A DNA stretch of 64,000 nt from the human T2T-CHM13v2.0 reference genome, Homo sapiens. The stretch is taken from assembly GCF_009914755.1 (NCBI RefSeq), contig NC_060929.1; one strand, given 5' to 3'. A model generated the notes under the pieces. That model made no database searches. It had not been told where the DNA came from and saw nothing but the letters and a program-made list of their open reading frames with translations. The position numbers and the translations under genes are program-made. Shown in pieces: positions 12,577-30,267 of the stretch; the stretch's first letter is position 1; each line of letters opens with the position of its first letter.

Positions 12577-15500
12577 AAAGACATTTAAAAAGGTTGTTTA
12601 CCAAAATGATGGTTAACTGACAGAAAATAGAAACTGAAACTAGAAATCATTGCCATCAGCTTTCTCTAATGTGTACTTGATCCTTTTCTCCATGTGATGA
12701 AAGTTGAAAGTCTTTTTTTTTTTTAATCCACTACTGTTCAAATGAGAATAAACAGCCAAATGACTGAATTAGTTGGTAGACATAATTCCTAGCCTTCAAT
12801 TATTTTTATATTCTTTTGTAATACAGTCATGATTTTTTCAGGCTTCTATAATATTGCATTTAACCAATCCCCAAACAGGGAAACGTTATGTAATTTTTCT
12901 ATTATTTACAGTTCCTTGATTATAATCTTTTTTTTGAAAAGATTATATATTTATATAAAAACTCAGTTTCTTTCTTATATATAAACATTATTAGTAGTCT
13001 AAAAATGTCATTCTCAATAAAAAGGATGAGTGAACTTGAGGACTAGAGAATCAGGTAGTCACCATCAGAGAACTGGTTTAACAAACAGAAGGGGCCTACC
13101 CAGATACAGAGAAGTCAGGCAGGGCTGTGGTGTGAAAATGTTAGAGAAGCTTGATGGGAGGCCTAATATAGTTTGTCTTTACACCTGTATATTTTGCTTC
13201 TTGCATCTGCTTGAATGCCCTCTGTCATTTATTATAACTAGATTTATTGTTCCAATAGGTTTGTACTACAGTCAGAACAAACAAATCACTGGATCCAGCA
13301 GAAACCTTAGATATATGACATAACAGAGATTTGCAGAAAGATTTGTCCCATTGCCTTCTCGAATTTCTCTTATCATCAGTCCATCTAGCTGGAGCTCTCT
13401 GAAGGTCATCAGAGGTCAGTATAATTTTAATAAGATTTTAACTGAAGGATAGCCTTGATGTTCAGTGACCTTCAGACATGTTTGTTTATAATTGAGAAGC
13501 CACTCCCCCTGTTGAATGATAACCTCTTCCATGAATTACCAAACCAATGCTGCTCACATTTTGATTAACCATTGATTCCCATAAATCCAGCGTCCCCCAA
13601 CACTGATTATCTAAATAACCTGAATTATTTGCATTGCCTTATCAATTCCATCTCATTTCCTGTCTTGGTGGTTTTGCTCACACTGCTTCTATGTGGAATG
13701 TCCATATGTACCCACCCGAGTTTCCACTTCATCATTCCATCATCTGTAGTCCACTATCCATCATCAGGACTAATGTGAGCTGACTTTCCTCCAAAAAGCT
13801 TTCCCTGAACTTATCCTAAAATAACATTTTTCTCTGCTAACTTACCATTTGTCATATGTTCGTATACAGCTTCTCTAACTGTCATGAAATGAAATAAATG
13901 GGAGGAAGATGAAACTTGAAAAGAAATCTGCTCCTTAAGGCAGGCCCTGGGGGAATAGGCCTGGCTGGAGGTAATGTAAGGTCTAGATGGTGTTTTTAGA
14001 ATCTGAAGACTACAACACCAAACACAACAAGTATAAGCCTAGGCAAGCTGTCAGTGCAAGGCCTAAAATTAGGTATTTCAACAAGTGGATGAATCAATTT
14101 GGGGAATTGTATTAGTAAACAGAGGAAGCCTGTCCAGTAAAAGGGAGGGTAAGCAGGGATGCAGTTTAAAACTATTGAGGAATAATGGCTAAGAAATAGC
14201 AAAATTAACACATGGCCTAAAATATTAAGAAATTAAGCCTGTTATTGAATTACTGACCAGGCTAGTATATAGGAGCATTAACAACACAAAAACAGATTAG
14301 GTCACGATTAGCAGTGGGGGTGAAATAATCTTCAGGGCTGAAATACTGAGCTAGAAATATTTAAATCCTCCTTGCAGATGAAAAATATAGAGGACAATTT
14401 GTTGGTTCAGCATGAATTTCTAGTCTTTTGTTAAGAAGCTAGAACAGAAATACTCTCTTTCATTGCAAGTGAACATTGAGGCAGTAAACTCCAAATATAG
14501 CTGCAGGTACCATCTCCTGCTGATTTGTGTGTATAGAGCATGAAAGAAAGGCTCAGAAACAAAAGCATGTCGGAAAAATAAGCAGGAGGCATTTACTTGC
14601 AAAGAAATGTGAGGAAGTCAGTCTTCAAAAGAACTGGCCCAAAAAATTTAAAAAATAGAATTTTTTAAAACAAACAGTATTGTGAAGACTATAGGCTTTA
14701 TATTAGTCTCTTCATGGCAGAAAACAGCAATTTTATCATGGTTATTGTATTCAAAAAGTTCATGACATATCTTCAGACAATAAATAGCATTGTAAAGTCA
14801 AGGATAAAGTAATTTTCATTAAGGAGTTAGCAACTCTCAGGAAATGCTCAAGGTTTTATTCATTTGGAGGACTGCAAGTAAACAGAGAGACTCTTTTATT
14901 GTTTCTTTATGTCAGAGTGCAGAGGTTTTTTTCTCTGTTTCTTCAGCAGTGGGACATGATGTACGGGCTGACAATGGTGTCAGGCCCAGATGTCACTTTG
15001 GTTTTTACACTTCATCTTGTGGTCATGTTTCCTCCTCTACAGGACATGTTTGTCTACCTACATTTGCTGAACAATGTTCCTAATCAGTACTATTGATTTT
15101 ACATTTTACTTTGAGCCATTTTATTTGCACAGATCTAAGAAGAAGTGTTGATTATATTAATTTAATGACCTCCTAGTATTTTTTTGACGAAACAATAAAC
15201 TAAGGCTTACAAGTTTATGTCTATCTATAGATTTATAAAGCCCTTGTGGTTTAAATTTACTTTTACATGTTTAACAGCTCAGTTTAGAGCAGACCAAACC
15301 AGTCAGCTCACCTCTACCTGATTTCACCTGCAGTATTTATAATGCAAATGTATCCTTTTTAATAAAAGATATCCAGATGTCTTGATGTCCCTGCTCTGCC
15401 AAGAAAGGACATTCTTTTTAACCTCCAAGCCTGAGATTGCATAGTCCATACAGCATGTACCAGACTGGTTTCCTAGAAGGATGTTATAGGCATCACTTCT

Positions 15501-15605
15501 GCGTGAAAAACATAGAAATTATTCTTATTACTGGATTTGTCTTGTCTAATTTAATTGAATTTGTAGCACAGCTATAAATTTTTTATTAAAAAATTAATTC
15601 TTCCT

Positions 15606-15915
<310 letters not shown>

Positions 15916-16655
15916 TTATATATTCAGGTAGAAGGGAGGACAAATTCTTATTGAACCAATACAAATAACTACATAGTCACAAAAAGTAAATGTTTTTATT
16001 AAAGAAACTTTGTGTAAGAATTAACCAATATTGCTAATTAAGAGTATGTTAATAGACAAAACCAAATATTGTATGTCACAATTCTTTACAAAATAATTAT
16101 TTGTATGTTTTTCTTGGCAATTTATTAGCTTTGTTTTTATATTAAGAATTTCTACAAGGTATTTTTTTCCTCAACACTAAGAATTCAGAGTGTTTTATTT
16201 AGTTTTTACAAATTCAATAATTTGTAAATTTAATTGGAGGTTAAAGATAGATTAAGAAGAAAGAAAATGGGTTTCTCTCATGTTCATTAAAGTAGAAAAT
16301 TAAACTAACCTCAATTAAATCGCTTTATTGAGGTCCTTTAATCCTAAATAACAACCTCTTGTCATGCTGGTCTTGAGTTAAGCAGTCTGCTTTCATGAAT
16401 TCATCTGCTTCTACATTGTGAGTGTCTTGGAAATCCTGACTCATTTACTTGGTATAGTTGGAATATTGTTTGTGGGGACAAGGTCAGCCTATTCTTGGAG
16501 GCCTATATCCATGAGTCAATTTCCTGTGGTATCAACAGTATCAACAGTGTCTGCTACGGTTTTTACTGGAGCTCTTTTGATATTTCTTCCAGATGACTTA
16601 AATTCTGATTGGCGCTTTGTAGAAAGGCTTTTAGGTATGCTTAAAGGGAAAGAAG

Positions 16656-16950
16656 GGCTGGGCACAGTGGCTCATGTCTGTAATCCCAACACTTTAGGAG
16701 GCTGAGGCAGGTGGATCACTTGAGGTCCGGAGTTTGAGACCAGCCTGGACAACATGGTGAAACCCTGTCTCTACTGAAAATAGAAAAATTAGCCATGCGT
16801 GGGGGTGGGCACCTGAATATAGCTACTCAGGAGGCTGAGGTAGGAGAACAGCTTGAACCCGACAGGCAGAGTTTGCGGTGAGCTGAGATCACACCACTGC
16901 ACTCTAGCCTGGGCAACAGAGAGAGATTCCATCTAAAAAAAAAAAAAAAA
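16656..16950 (+). mobile_element. AluS
   Basis: Full dimer with poly(A). Confidence 0.93.
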
Positions 16951-17434
16951 GCAGCGGGGATAGGGGGAGGAGATGTTGTTGATAATAAAACTGTAAAGTT
17001 TGGTTAATTTTTTGTCATAGCAAACAACATCACAATGGGGGATAGTGGCATTCTCTGTTGAGGCATAATACATACTCATTTAATGAAATTTTAATCAGTG
17101 ATTACCATAAAAGACAGAACACATTAAGAACAATTAGTGCATCCTGATACCTCTCCAGGGCCTTTAATTTTCCCCACAAAGCAGATATTATTATTTGTCA
17201 CCAACTGATGTTTACTTCTTTTTTTTAATTATTGTGCTTTAAGTTTTAGGGTACATGTGCACAACGTGCAGGCTTGTTACATGTGAATACATGTGCCATG
17301 TTGGTGTGCTGCACCTATTAACTTGTCATTTGCATTAGGTATATCTCCTAACGCTATCCCTCCCCCCTCCGCCCACCCCACAACAGCCCCCGGTGTGTGA
17401 TGTTCCCTTTCCTGTGCCCATGGGTTCTCATTGT

Positions 17435-21261
<3,827 letters not shown>

Positions 21262-21324
21262 TATGATGTTAGCTGGTTATTTTGCTTGTTAGTTGATGCA
21301 GTTTCTTCCTAGCCTTGATGGTCT

Positions 21325-22347
21325 TTACAATTTGGCATGTTTTTGCAGTGGCTGGTACCAGTTGTTCCTTTCCATATTTAGTGCTTCCTTCAGGAGCTCT
21401 TTTGCGGCAGGCCTGGTGGTGACAAAATCTCTCAGCATTTGCTTGTTTGTAAAGCATTTTATTTCTCCTTCACTTATGAAGCTTAGTTTGGCTGGATATG
21501 AAATTCTGGCTTGAAAATTCTGTTCTTTAAGAATATTGAATATTGGCCCCCACTCTCTTCTGGCTTTTAGAGTTTCTGCCGAGAGATCCGCTGTCTGTCT
21601 GATGCGCTTCCCTTTGTGGGTAACCCGACCTTGCTCTCTGGCTACCCTTAAAATTTTTTCCTTCATTTCAACTTTGGTGAATCTGACAATTATGTGTCTT
21701 GGAGTTGCTCTTCTAGGGGGGTATCTTTGTGGTGTTCTCTGTATTTCCTGAATTTGAATGTTGGCCTGCCTTACTAGATTGTCGGGGGGGAAGTTCTCCT
21801 GGATAATATCCCGCAGAGTGTTTTCCAACTTGGTTCCATTCTCCCCGTCACTTTCAGGTACAGCAATTAGACGTAGATTTGGTCTTTTCACATAGTCCCA
21901 TATTTCTTGGAGGCTTTGTTCATTTCTTTTTATTCTTTTTTCTCTAAACTTCTCTTCACACTTCATTTCATTCATTTGATCTTCCATCGCTGATACCCTT
22001 TCTTCCCGTTGATCGCATTGGTTACTGAGGCTTGTGCATTTGTCACATAGTTCTCATGCCGTGGTTTTCAGCAACATCAGGTCCTTTAAGGACTTCTCTG
22101 CATTGGTTATTCCAGTTATCCATTTGTCTAATTTTTTTTCAAAGCTTTTAACTTCTTTGCCATTGGTTCAAACTTCCTCCTTTAGCTTGGAGTAGTTCGA
22201 TCTTCTGAAGCCTTCCTCTCTCAACTCCTCAGAGTCATTCTCCGTCCAGCTTTGTTCCGTTGCTGGTGAGGAGCTGCGTTCCTTTGGAGAAGGAGAGGCA
22301 CTCTGATTTTTAGAGTTTCCAGTTTTTCTGCTCTGTTTTTCCCCCAT
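21325..22347 (-). pseudogene. L1 ORF1 (RNA-binding protein) with a premature stop
   Basis: ATG at 22347 gives MGEKQSRKTGNSK...KEEV* (TGA, probably CpG decay of CGA); the C-terminal 220 aa are open (ORF 21325-21987). Confidence 0.93.
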
Positions 22348-23380
22348 CTTTGTGGTTTTATCTACCTTTGGTCTTTGATGATGGTGATGTACAGATGGGT
22401 TTTTAGTGTGGATGTCCTTTCTGTTTGTTAGTTTTCCTTTTAACAGACAGGACCCTCAGCTGCAGGTCTGTTGGAGTTTGCTGGAGGTCCACTCCAGACC
22501 CTGTTTTCCTGGGTATCAGCAGCAGTGGCTGCAGAACAGCGGATATTGGTGGACCGCAAATGCTGCTGCCTGATTGTTCCTCTGGAAGTTTTGTCTCAGA
22601 GGAGTACCCGGCCATGTGAGGTGTCAGTCCGCCCCTACTGGGAGGCACCTCCCAGTTAGGCTACTCAGGAGTCAGGGACCCACCTGAGGAGGCAGTCTGC
22701 CTGTTCTCAGATCTCAAGCTGCGTGCTGGGAGCACCACTACTCTCTTCAAAGCTGTCAGACAGGGACATTTAAGTCTGCAGAGGTTATTGCTGTCTTTTG
22801 TTTGTCTGTGCGCTGCCCCCAGAGGTGGAGCCTACAGAGGTGGAGCCTAGAGAGGCAGGCAGGCCTCCTTGAGCTGTGTTGGGCTCCACCCAGTTTGAAC
22901 TTCCTGGCCGCTTTGTTTACCTACTCAAGCCTGAGCAATGGTGGGTGCCCCTCCCCCAGCCTCCCTGCCACCTTGCAGTTTGATCTCGGACTGCTGTGCT
23001 AGCAATGAGCAAGTCTCCGTGGCATAGGACCCTCCGAGCCAGGTGCGGTATATAATCTCGTGGTGTGCTGTTTGTTAACCCCATTGGAAAAGCTCAGTAT
23101 TAGGGTGGGAGTGACCCGATTTTCCAGGTGCTGTCTGTCACCCCTTTCTTTGGCTAGGAAAGGGAATTCCCTGACCCCTTGCGCTTCCCGGGTGAGGCGA
23201 TGCCTCGCCCTGCTTCGGCTCACACACAGTGTGCTGCATCCATTGTCCTGCACCCACTATCCGGCACTCCCTAGTTAGATGAACCCGGTACCTCAGTTGG
23301 AAATGCAGAAATCACCTGTCTTCTGCATCTCTCACGCTGGGAGTTGTAGACTGGATCCATTCCTATTCAGCCATCTTGGT
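22348..23380 (-). promoter_or_regulatory. L1 5'UTR with internal sense promoter, antisense promoter region, YY1 core and retained ZNF93-target segment
   Basis: YY1 core AAGATGGC at the 5' end; an approximately 128-bp segment (about 22475-22603) that younger L1PA3/L1HS lack is present. Confidence 0.8.
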
Positions 23381-25328
23381 TCGCATCTATCAAGTTTACT
23401 TTTTTTAATCAATTGGTTGACATTTATTGCACCAGTCTTTGCACATGAACATAAATATGCCTCAATCCAACCTGAGAAGTGCACAATTATTGTAACATAG
23501 CCACAATAATCATACATAATTATTGCATTTAATTAATTTAAGATGATTTTATTGCTATTTTCTCAGAATATGGCCTTGAAAAACACAGCAGCTTCCACTG
23601 TATTGAGCATAGTTTTGAGCAAATTAAATATCTGGAGAATGCAAAACATTATATTTATTTCTAATATATCTTCTTGTTAAGAGCTAGGAGGAGGATCTTT
23701 GGAGTTTCCCAGTAGCCATCTGAGAAACCCAGAGATATTGTATTCATAAATAACATCTCAGTAGTTTTACTATTTTGAATTTGAGGGTTAAATTTGGGGA
23801 ATATGGTATCAAAAAGAGTGTCACAGGTGGGGGCTGCAGATGTGAAGGGCCTGCTATCAATCAGGTGACCCTGGATGGACTACCTGCTCCCTGTGTCAGT
23901 CCAGGATCCCAGCTGTAGTGGGTTCCTCTCTGCAACAGCACATGTTTCTAAAGGGCAAGAATCTGGGCTCCCGGTAACTGACATCTGTCTCCTCCATCCT
24001 AGATTGTCATGGTAGACCTGAACCACCCTCCCACTGAATTTGGGCCCTTGTGGCTCATAGCCACAAGGGAAATTGGAAGCTCACATGTGAAAGGCAGAAT
24101 TAAGTTATTGCACCTTCTTCCAAAGTCTTGAGTTTGTTTGTAGCCCAGGTGCCCCTGTTTTCAACAGGGGTATTAGCAGTACCAGGCAGCCACTCCCTAG
24201 GGTTTGTGTTTCTGAGCTTTCCCATCATCAGTTAATTGGAAATTTCAGGAACTGTCCCTGCCTTACAATGCCTGCTCTGATCTACAGGTCTCTTGGAGAC
24301 AGACAGCAGGTGATGGGGCATGCCAAAGAGATAAAAATGTCTTCTGATAATCAGGGGTCAGCAGATGAGTGTGAAAGCTAATTATCCCCACTACTCAGGG
24401 AATTTAGAGGCTTTCCCTTTTGTCTTTGTAGGAATAGCAGACTTTCTGACTCTAATGTCCAAAGTTCTTTACAAGTTCAAGTACAGAGGAGATCAGAAAA
24501 TGTCTTATGCACATGAGAGTTGTTATCCAAAGATTTGTCATAGGAGCAGTGACTCTAGGTGTTCTCTATTCTATTTAGAAGGATTACATTAGATTTTGAT
24601 TCCTCAACGTGGCCAAGAAATAGAGCTACTTGCTGGGAGCAAGAAAGACAAGATGACTTCTGGTAACTCTCTATTATGAAAAATGAATTTTCATTATGTA
24701 ACAAATTACACTGCAGAAGTGTTACAAAGAATTCTCATAGACAAGGTATATTAAATCTCAAATCAATAATCATACATAGTCAATTAAAAATATCTTTGTT
24801 GATATATTTCAGAACCTGGGAAATAATTTTCTGACTTTCAAATTTTTTAGTTTCTATTCAATGGCAGAAAATCTATATTGTGCCAAACCAGTCTAAAAAT
24901 CAGTAGTTAATTATATGCTGGACACAGAAAAATGTTCTGTAACCTGTTAAATGCAACATTCCATTCATTGCTTAATTCTCCCCAAATAGCATGAGGTAAT
25001 TAAGGCTTTTGTAAACTTTTTTCTTTTTTTAGAACAGCCTACAGTGACAGACGAGAATGGTTATATTGTTAATTAAAGCTGGTTCATCACTCATGTGGTA
25101 AACCTGACTCACAGGGAAACTTAACTATTTTTTCACAAAAATAAATGTTTATCATTTAAATATGTATTTATTCATTTTAAGACTTCTTGAAAGGATTTCT
25201 AGGAGTACAAAGTAAACTACTATAAATCTTTTTTCTCCGTGATGGCAATATTGTTGTGGGTGAGAAACAATTTAGTACGGGAGAGCTATATCTAATCCAG
25301 TAGGACACTGTGGAGAATACAAGTGTCA

Positions 25329-25650
<322 letters not shown>

Positions 25651-27403
25651 AAGACTAATATATGGAGATTGATTTATCATTTTATCAAAAGGTAACCCAA
25701 ATACTAATATGACTTTTTTTAGACCATTCATTTAATAAATTGCGCTAAAAGACTCAAAAGTTCTTTTATGTTTTATGCCCAAACTAATTAATATTGAGTA
25801 AAGTTAGTCCAAAAAATTATAAACATTTTATTGCTCATTTAAGCTCATTATTTGCAGGTATTATAAACTATAGCAAATGAAGTTTACTTCCCTCAGATAT
25901 TCTACAATTATTGTATGCCCTTAAATTTGTATTTTAAAATTCAGTTTTATATTCTAGCAAAACTGTACAATTTGCCTTTTAGACAAAATTACTTTCTTTG
26001 CCTTGATAAGCAAAAACACATTAATTATATTGCATGCACTTTTCTAAATACTCAAACTGACTTAATTTCTTAAAGTAGTATAAAAGAACATGTGCATTAA
26101 TCAGAACTAAGGGTACTTTTACATACTGTTCATTGTCCTACTTGATAGCCACTCTATAATGTGTAAAAATATGCAGCAAAGATATGTTAAAAATTTTGTG
26201 AGACTATCCAAAGATTTTTCACTAATTATTTCAATGAAATATTAGCCAACTTCATAAAGCTAACTAGCATAGTAAAATTCATTTTAAACTGACACACTGC
26301 AGAGAATTTATACTAAAATATAAAAATTTACATTAAAATTGTGTTAGATATGAAATTTGAATTTTTTTCCAGGTAGGGTATGTGTTGTTTTACCTATACG
26401 GTATAATTATTTGTAGCCCTATCTCAAGTTACATGAACAAATGTTTTAAAAAATACTAGTTTAATAATTCAATTCAGTTGAGCCACAAATCCAGTAGGGG
26501 ACATCTAGAAAGCTCTGATAAGTTAAAATATTTTATAAACCAGAAAATATTGTGATAAAATCAGAGAAAAAACATAATTAATTTAAACCAAAATTATCAA
26601 GCCGTATACATTTATCCAAGGATTTCCCATGATTAAAAATATTACTGAACTTTATTTCAATCAAATTTTTAAAAACCTTCAATTTTGTTCTGAAGCACAG
26701 AAGTCCTTTGCGTTATGCAATTCTCTTACCCGCCTGCCTTCCCCTGCTTCTCGTCTTCTGACATAGCAACAAAGTCCATTAATTCACCTCAGAACTAAAC
26801 CTCTCTATAATTTTTTTCCTCTGAGCTGCAGTTCAGCAAGTTACCTGTGCTTATATAGATAAGCCAAGGAAAACAGAAGCTCCATTAAACTTAAGAAATT
26901 GTTTAACCTAATTCATTAATTTTCTCCAGAGATAAGAAAATGTATAATAATTTGTTCAGAAGATATTTACATACATACAACAAGAAGTCATTATCAAATT
27001 CGGAGCCAGTGATGATTTTCTCCCTGCTTTATTATAGACTTTCATATTCTATTTGTTTATAGTCCTTATCCAGTCAGATTATAGATTATGGTAGAGACGT
27101 CATTTTTGAGGTTGAGTAATACTTTACTGTTGATGTATAGAATATTCCTCACAACTTATTTCAACTCATTTTTATATTTCTATGAGATTTTCCTCTTTTG
27201 GAGTTTCTGGTTTGTTTGAGAAAAGGGCTAGAGAAATTTAAACGCTTGAAAACCTTTAGAGTTTTCAGAAGTACACAGAACTTCAAACGAACACAAAGGT
27301 ATTCTCATTAATGCTTTCTTAAGACAAACAAAGCAAAGCCCTATCAAAAGTTAGAGCTCTCCATTTTTCAAGCTATGCAAGACTGTCTCCAATAGTTATG
27401 GCT

Positions 27404-27582
27404 TCAGCAGTGTTTCAACTTGAGTGTGCATCAGAACCACCTGCAAAGCCTAATTAAACAGATTCCTTGGCTCACTTGGCAGTATATGACTCAGTAGGTA
27501 AAATTTGAGAAATTGTTTATCTAACAAGTTGCCAGGTAATACTGATACCGATGTCTAGGGACTATGAGAATCATTAACCTAG
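27404..27582. mobile_element. MER5-family hAT MITE
   Basis: CAGCAGTGTTTCAACTTGAGTGTGCATCAGAACCACCTG...TAACAAGTTGCCAGGTAATACTGAT. Confidence 0.65.
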
Positions 27583-28556
27583 AGTGTTTAAAAAATGACC
27601 AATTTATGTGCCCAATTATCTGCCAAAGTTTCCTAAGAGAAGGAAAACAACAACAACAAACAAACAAACAAACCAAAACAGAGAGAAACTGAGAGAAACA
27701 GCCACAACTGGAAACTAGTAACACAAAAACAAACCATTGTTAAGGCTAATTAACTTATTTTCATACCAATGGGGAAAGATTTTTATTTCATTTTGCACCC
27801 ACAAAAAGCTTCAGAAGTTTTTTCATGTGTCAGAAGGAAACACATAACCTCCAAATTCACTATCTCTTCTTTGCCCATTTGCTGTAGTTACTCTTTGTAC
27901 CAAAGGTTCTGAGCCTGGAGTCTCTGCCTCCACTGGTCAGATAGACTCTCTGCTTCCATTGTGGTCTCTCACTGAATGTTCTCATCCACTGCTTCCTCGC
28001 TATGTAATATCTGCCCAAGAAGCTCCCGTCTTCTCATTCTCCCATCCCATATGCTGACATTCTTTCCAGTCCCTGCATTGTTATGAGAGCTCAGTGGGGG
28101 AGGGAGCTGAATGTCTGTATTCAGTCTACAACTACGATCTAGGATACTCTGTATTAATCATAAATAACTGATGCAAGTTTCTTCCACTCAGCCATAGCTG
28201 AGCCAGATTACCCACAATGCTATCTCATCCCACCACAGTCTCTAAGACTGATTTCTATTATACAAGGTAAGATCAACATTTGAAGTGATTGAGTTTAAAC
28301 ATAAAAAGATGTATTGGCTCCTGCGACTGGGCAGTCTTCAGGGTTAGTTGCTTGAGTGATCAATGATATTAAGATTATGATTGGGACATGAAAAAAAGAA
28401 CTGGCAAATAAGGAGAGAACTTTGGCAATAGAAAGGCATTTAATCCTTGTATTGTTTTGAGTGCCCTAAAGGAAAAGACAAATTAAAGGCAGATCCTAAC
28501 AGAACTGTTAACAAAGAAGGAAGAGGGTGAATGAGACTCTTGAATCAAAAATTCTT

Positions 28557-30233
28557 CCCTCTCCCTCTCCCTCTCCCTCTCCCTCTCTTCTCCCCTTTCT
28601 TCGGTCTCCCTCCATTGCCAAGGCTGGACTGTACTGCCGTGGTCTCGGCTCGCTGCAGCCTCCCTGCCCCGGGTTCCCATTGTTCTCCTGCCTCGGCCTG
28701 CGGAGTGCCTGGGATTGCTGGTGCACGCCGCCACGCCTGACTGGTTTCTGTATTTTTGGAGGAGACGGGGTTTCACCCTGTTGACCGGGCTGGTCTCCAG
28801 CTCCTGACCTCGAGTGGTCTGCCCGCCTCAACCTCCCAGGGTGCTGGGATTGCAGACGGAGTCTCGCTCACTCAATGCTCAGTGTTGCCCAGGCTGGAGT
28901 GCAGTGGCCTAATCTCGGCTGGCTGCAACCTCCACCTTCCAGCTGCCTGCCTTGGCCTCCCAAAGTGCTAAGATTACAGCCTCTGCCTGGCTGCCACCCC
29001 GTCTGGGAAGTGGGGAGCATCTCTGCCTGGCCACCCTTCCTCTGGGAGGTGGGAAGCGCCACTGCCCCGCCCCGTCTGGGAAGTGGGCGCCTCTGCCCAG
29101 CCGCTGCCCCGTCTGGGAGGTGAGGGGCATCTCTGCCTGGCTGCCCGGCCTGGGAAGTGAAGGGCGCCTCTGCCCGGGTACCCTTCGTCTGGGAGGTGGG
29201 GAGCGCCTCTGCCCGGCCACCCCGTCTGGGAAGTGGGCGCCTCTGTCCGGCCACCCCATCTGGGAGGCGAGGGGCATCTATGCCCGGCCACCCCATCTGG
29301 GATGTGAAAAGCGCCTCTGCCCGGCCACCCAGTCTGGGAGGTGGGGAGCGCCTGTGCCCAGCCGCCCATCATCTGGGAGGTGAGGAGCACCTCTGCCCAG
29401 CTGCCACCTCGTCTGGGAAGTGAAGTGCGCCTCTGCCCAGCCGCCCTGTCTGGGAAGTGAGGAGCGCCTCTCTCGGCCACCCCGTCTGGGAAGTGAGGAG
29501 CGCCTCTGCCCGGCCGCCCCATCTGGGAAGTGAGGAGCGCCTCTGCCAGGCCGCCCCATCTGGGAAGTGAGGAGCGCCTCTCCCGGCCACCCCGTCTGGG
29601 AAGTGAGGAGCGCCTCTGCCCGGCCGCCCCGTCTGGGAATTGAGGGGCGCCTCTGCCCGGCTGCCCCGTCTGGGAAGTGAAGAGCACCTCTGCCCGGCCG
29701 CCCCATCTGGGAAGTGTACCCAACAGCTCCGAAGAGACAGCAACCATCGAGAACGGGCCATGATGACGATGGTGGTTTTGTGGAAGAGAAAAGGGGGAAA
29801 TGTGGGGCAAAGAAAGAGAGATCAGATTGTTACTGTGTCTGTGTAGAAAGAAGTAGACATAGGAGACTCCATTTTGTTCTGTACTAAGAAAAATTCTTCT
29901 GCCTTGGGATGCTGTTAATCTACAACCTTACCCCCAACCCCCTGCTCTCTGAAACATGTGCTGTGTCAACTCAGGGTTAAATGGATTAAGGGCAGTGCAA
30001 GATGTGCTTTGTTAAACAGATGCTTGAAGGCAGCATGCTCATTAAGAGTCATCACCACTCCCTAATGTCAAGTACCCACGGACACAAACATTGCCGAAGG
30101 CTGCAGGGACCTCTGCCTAGGAAAACCAGAGACCTTTGTCCATGTGTTTATCTGCTGACCTTCTCTCCACTATTATCCTATGACCCTGCCACATCCCCCT
30201 CTCTGAGAAACACCCAAGAATGATCAATAAATA

Positions 30234-30260
<27 letters not shown>
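28557..30260 (+). mobile_element. Full-length SVA retrotransposon, SVA_A-like (old or non-human-lineage type)
   Basis: (CCCTCT)5 at 28557-28586; Alu-like region to about 28978; VNTR about 28979-29715; HERV-K env/LTR-derived SINE-R about 29716-30235; AATAAA and poly(A); perfect TSD AAAAATTCTT at 28547-28556 and 30261-30270. Confidence 0.97.

Positions 30261-30267
<7 letters not shown>

Noticed and set aside
16418-16705. 95-aa hydrophobic ORF resembling a membrane peptide
   Set aside because: Non-ATG start, runs into an Alu, no recognisable homology; hydrophobicity follows from T-rich composition.
28483-29846. Many long GC-rich ORFs (up to 278 aa) on both strands
   Set aside because: Stop-poor frames through the SVA Alu-like region and VNTR; repetitive peptides, not genes.
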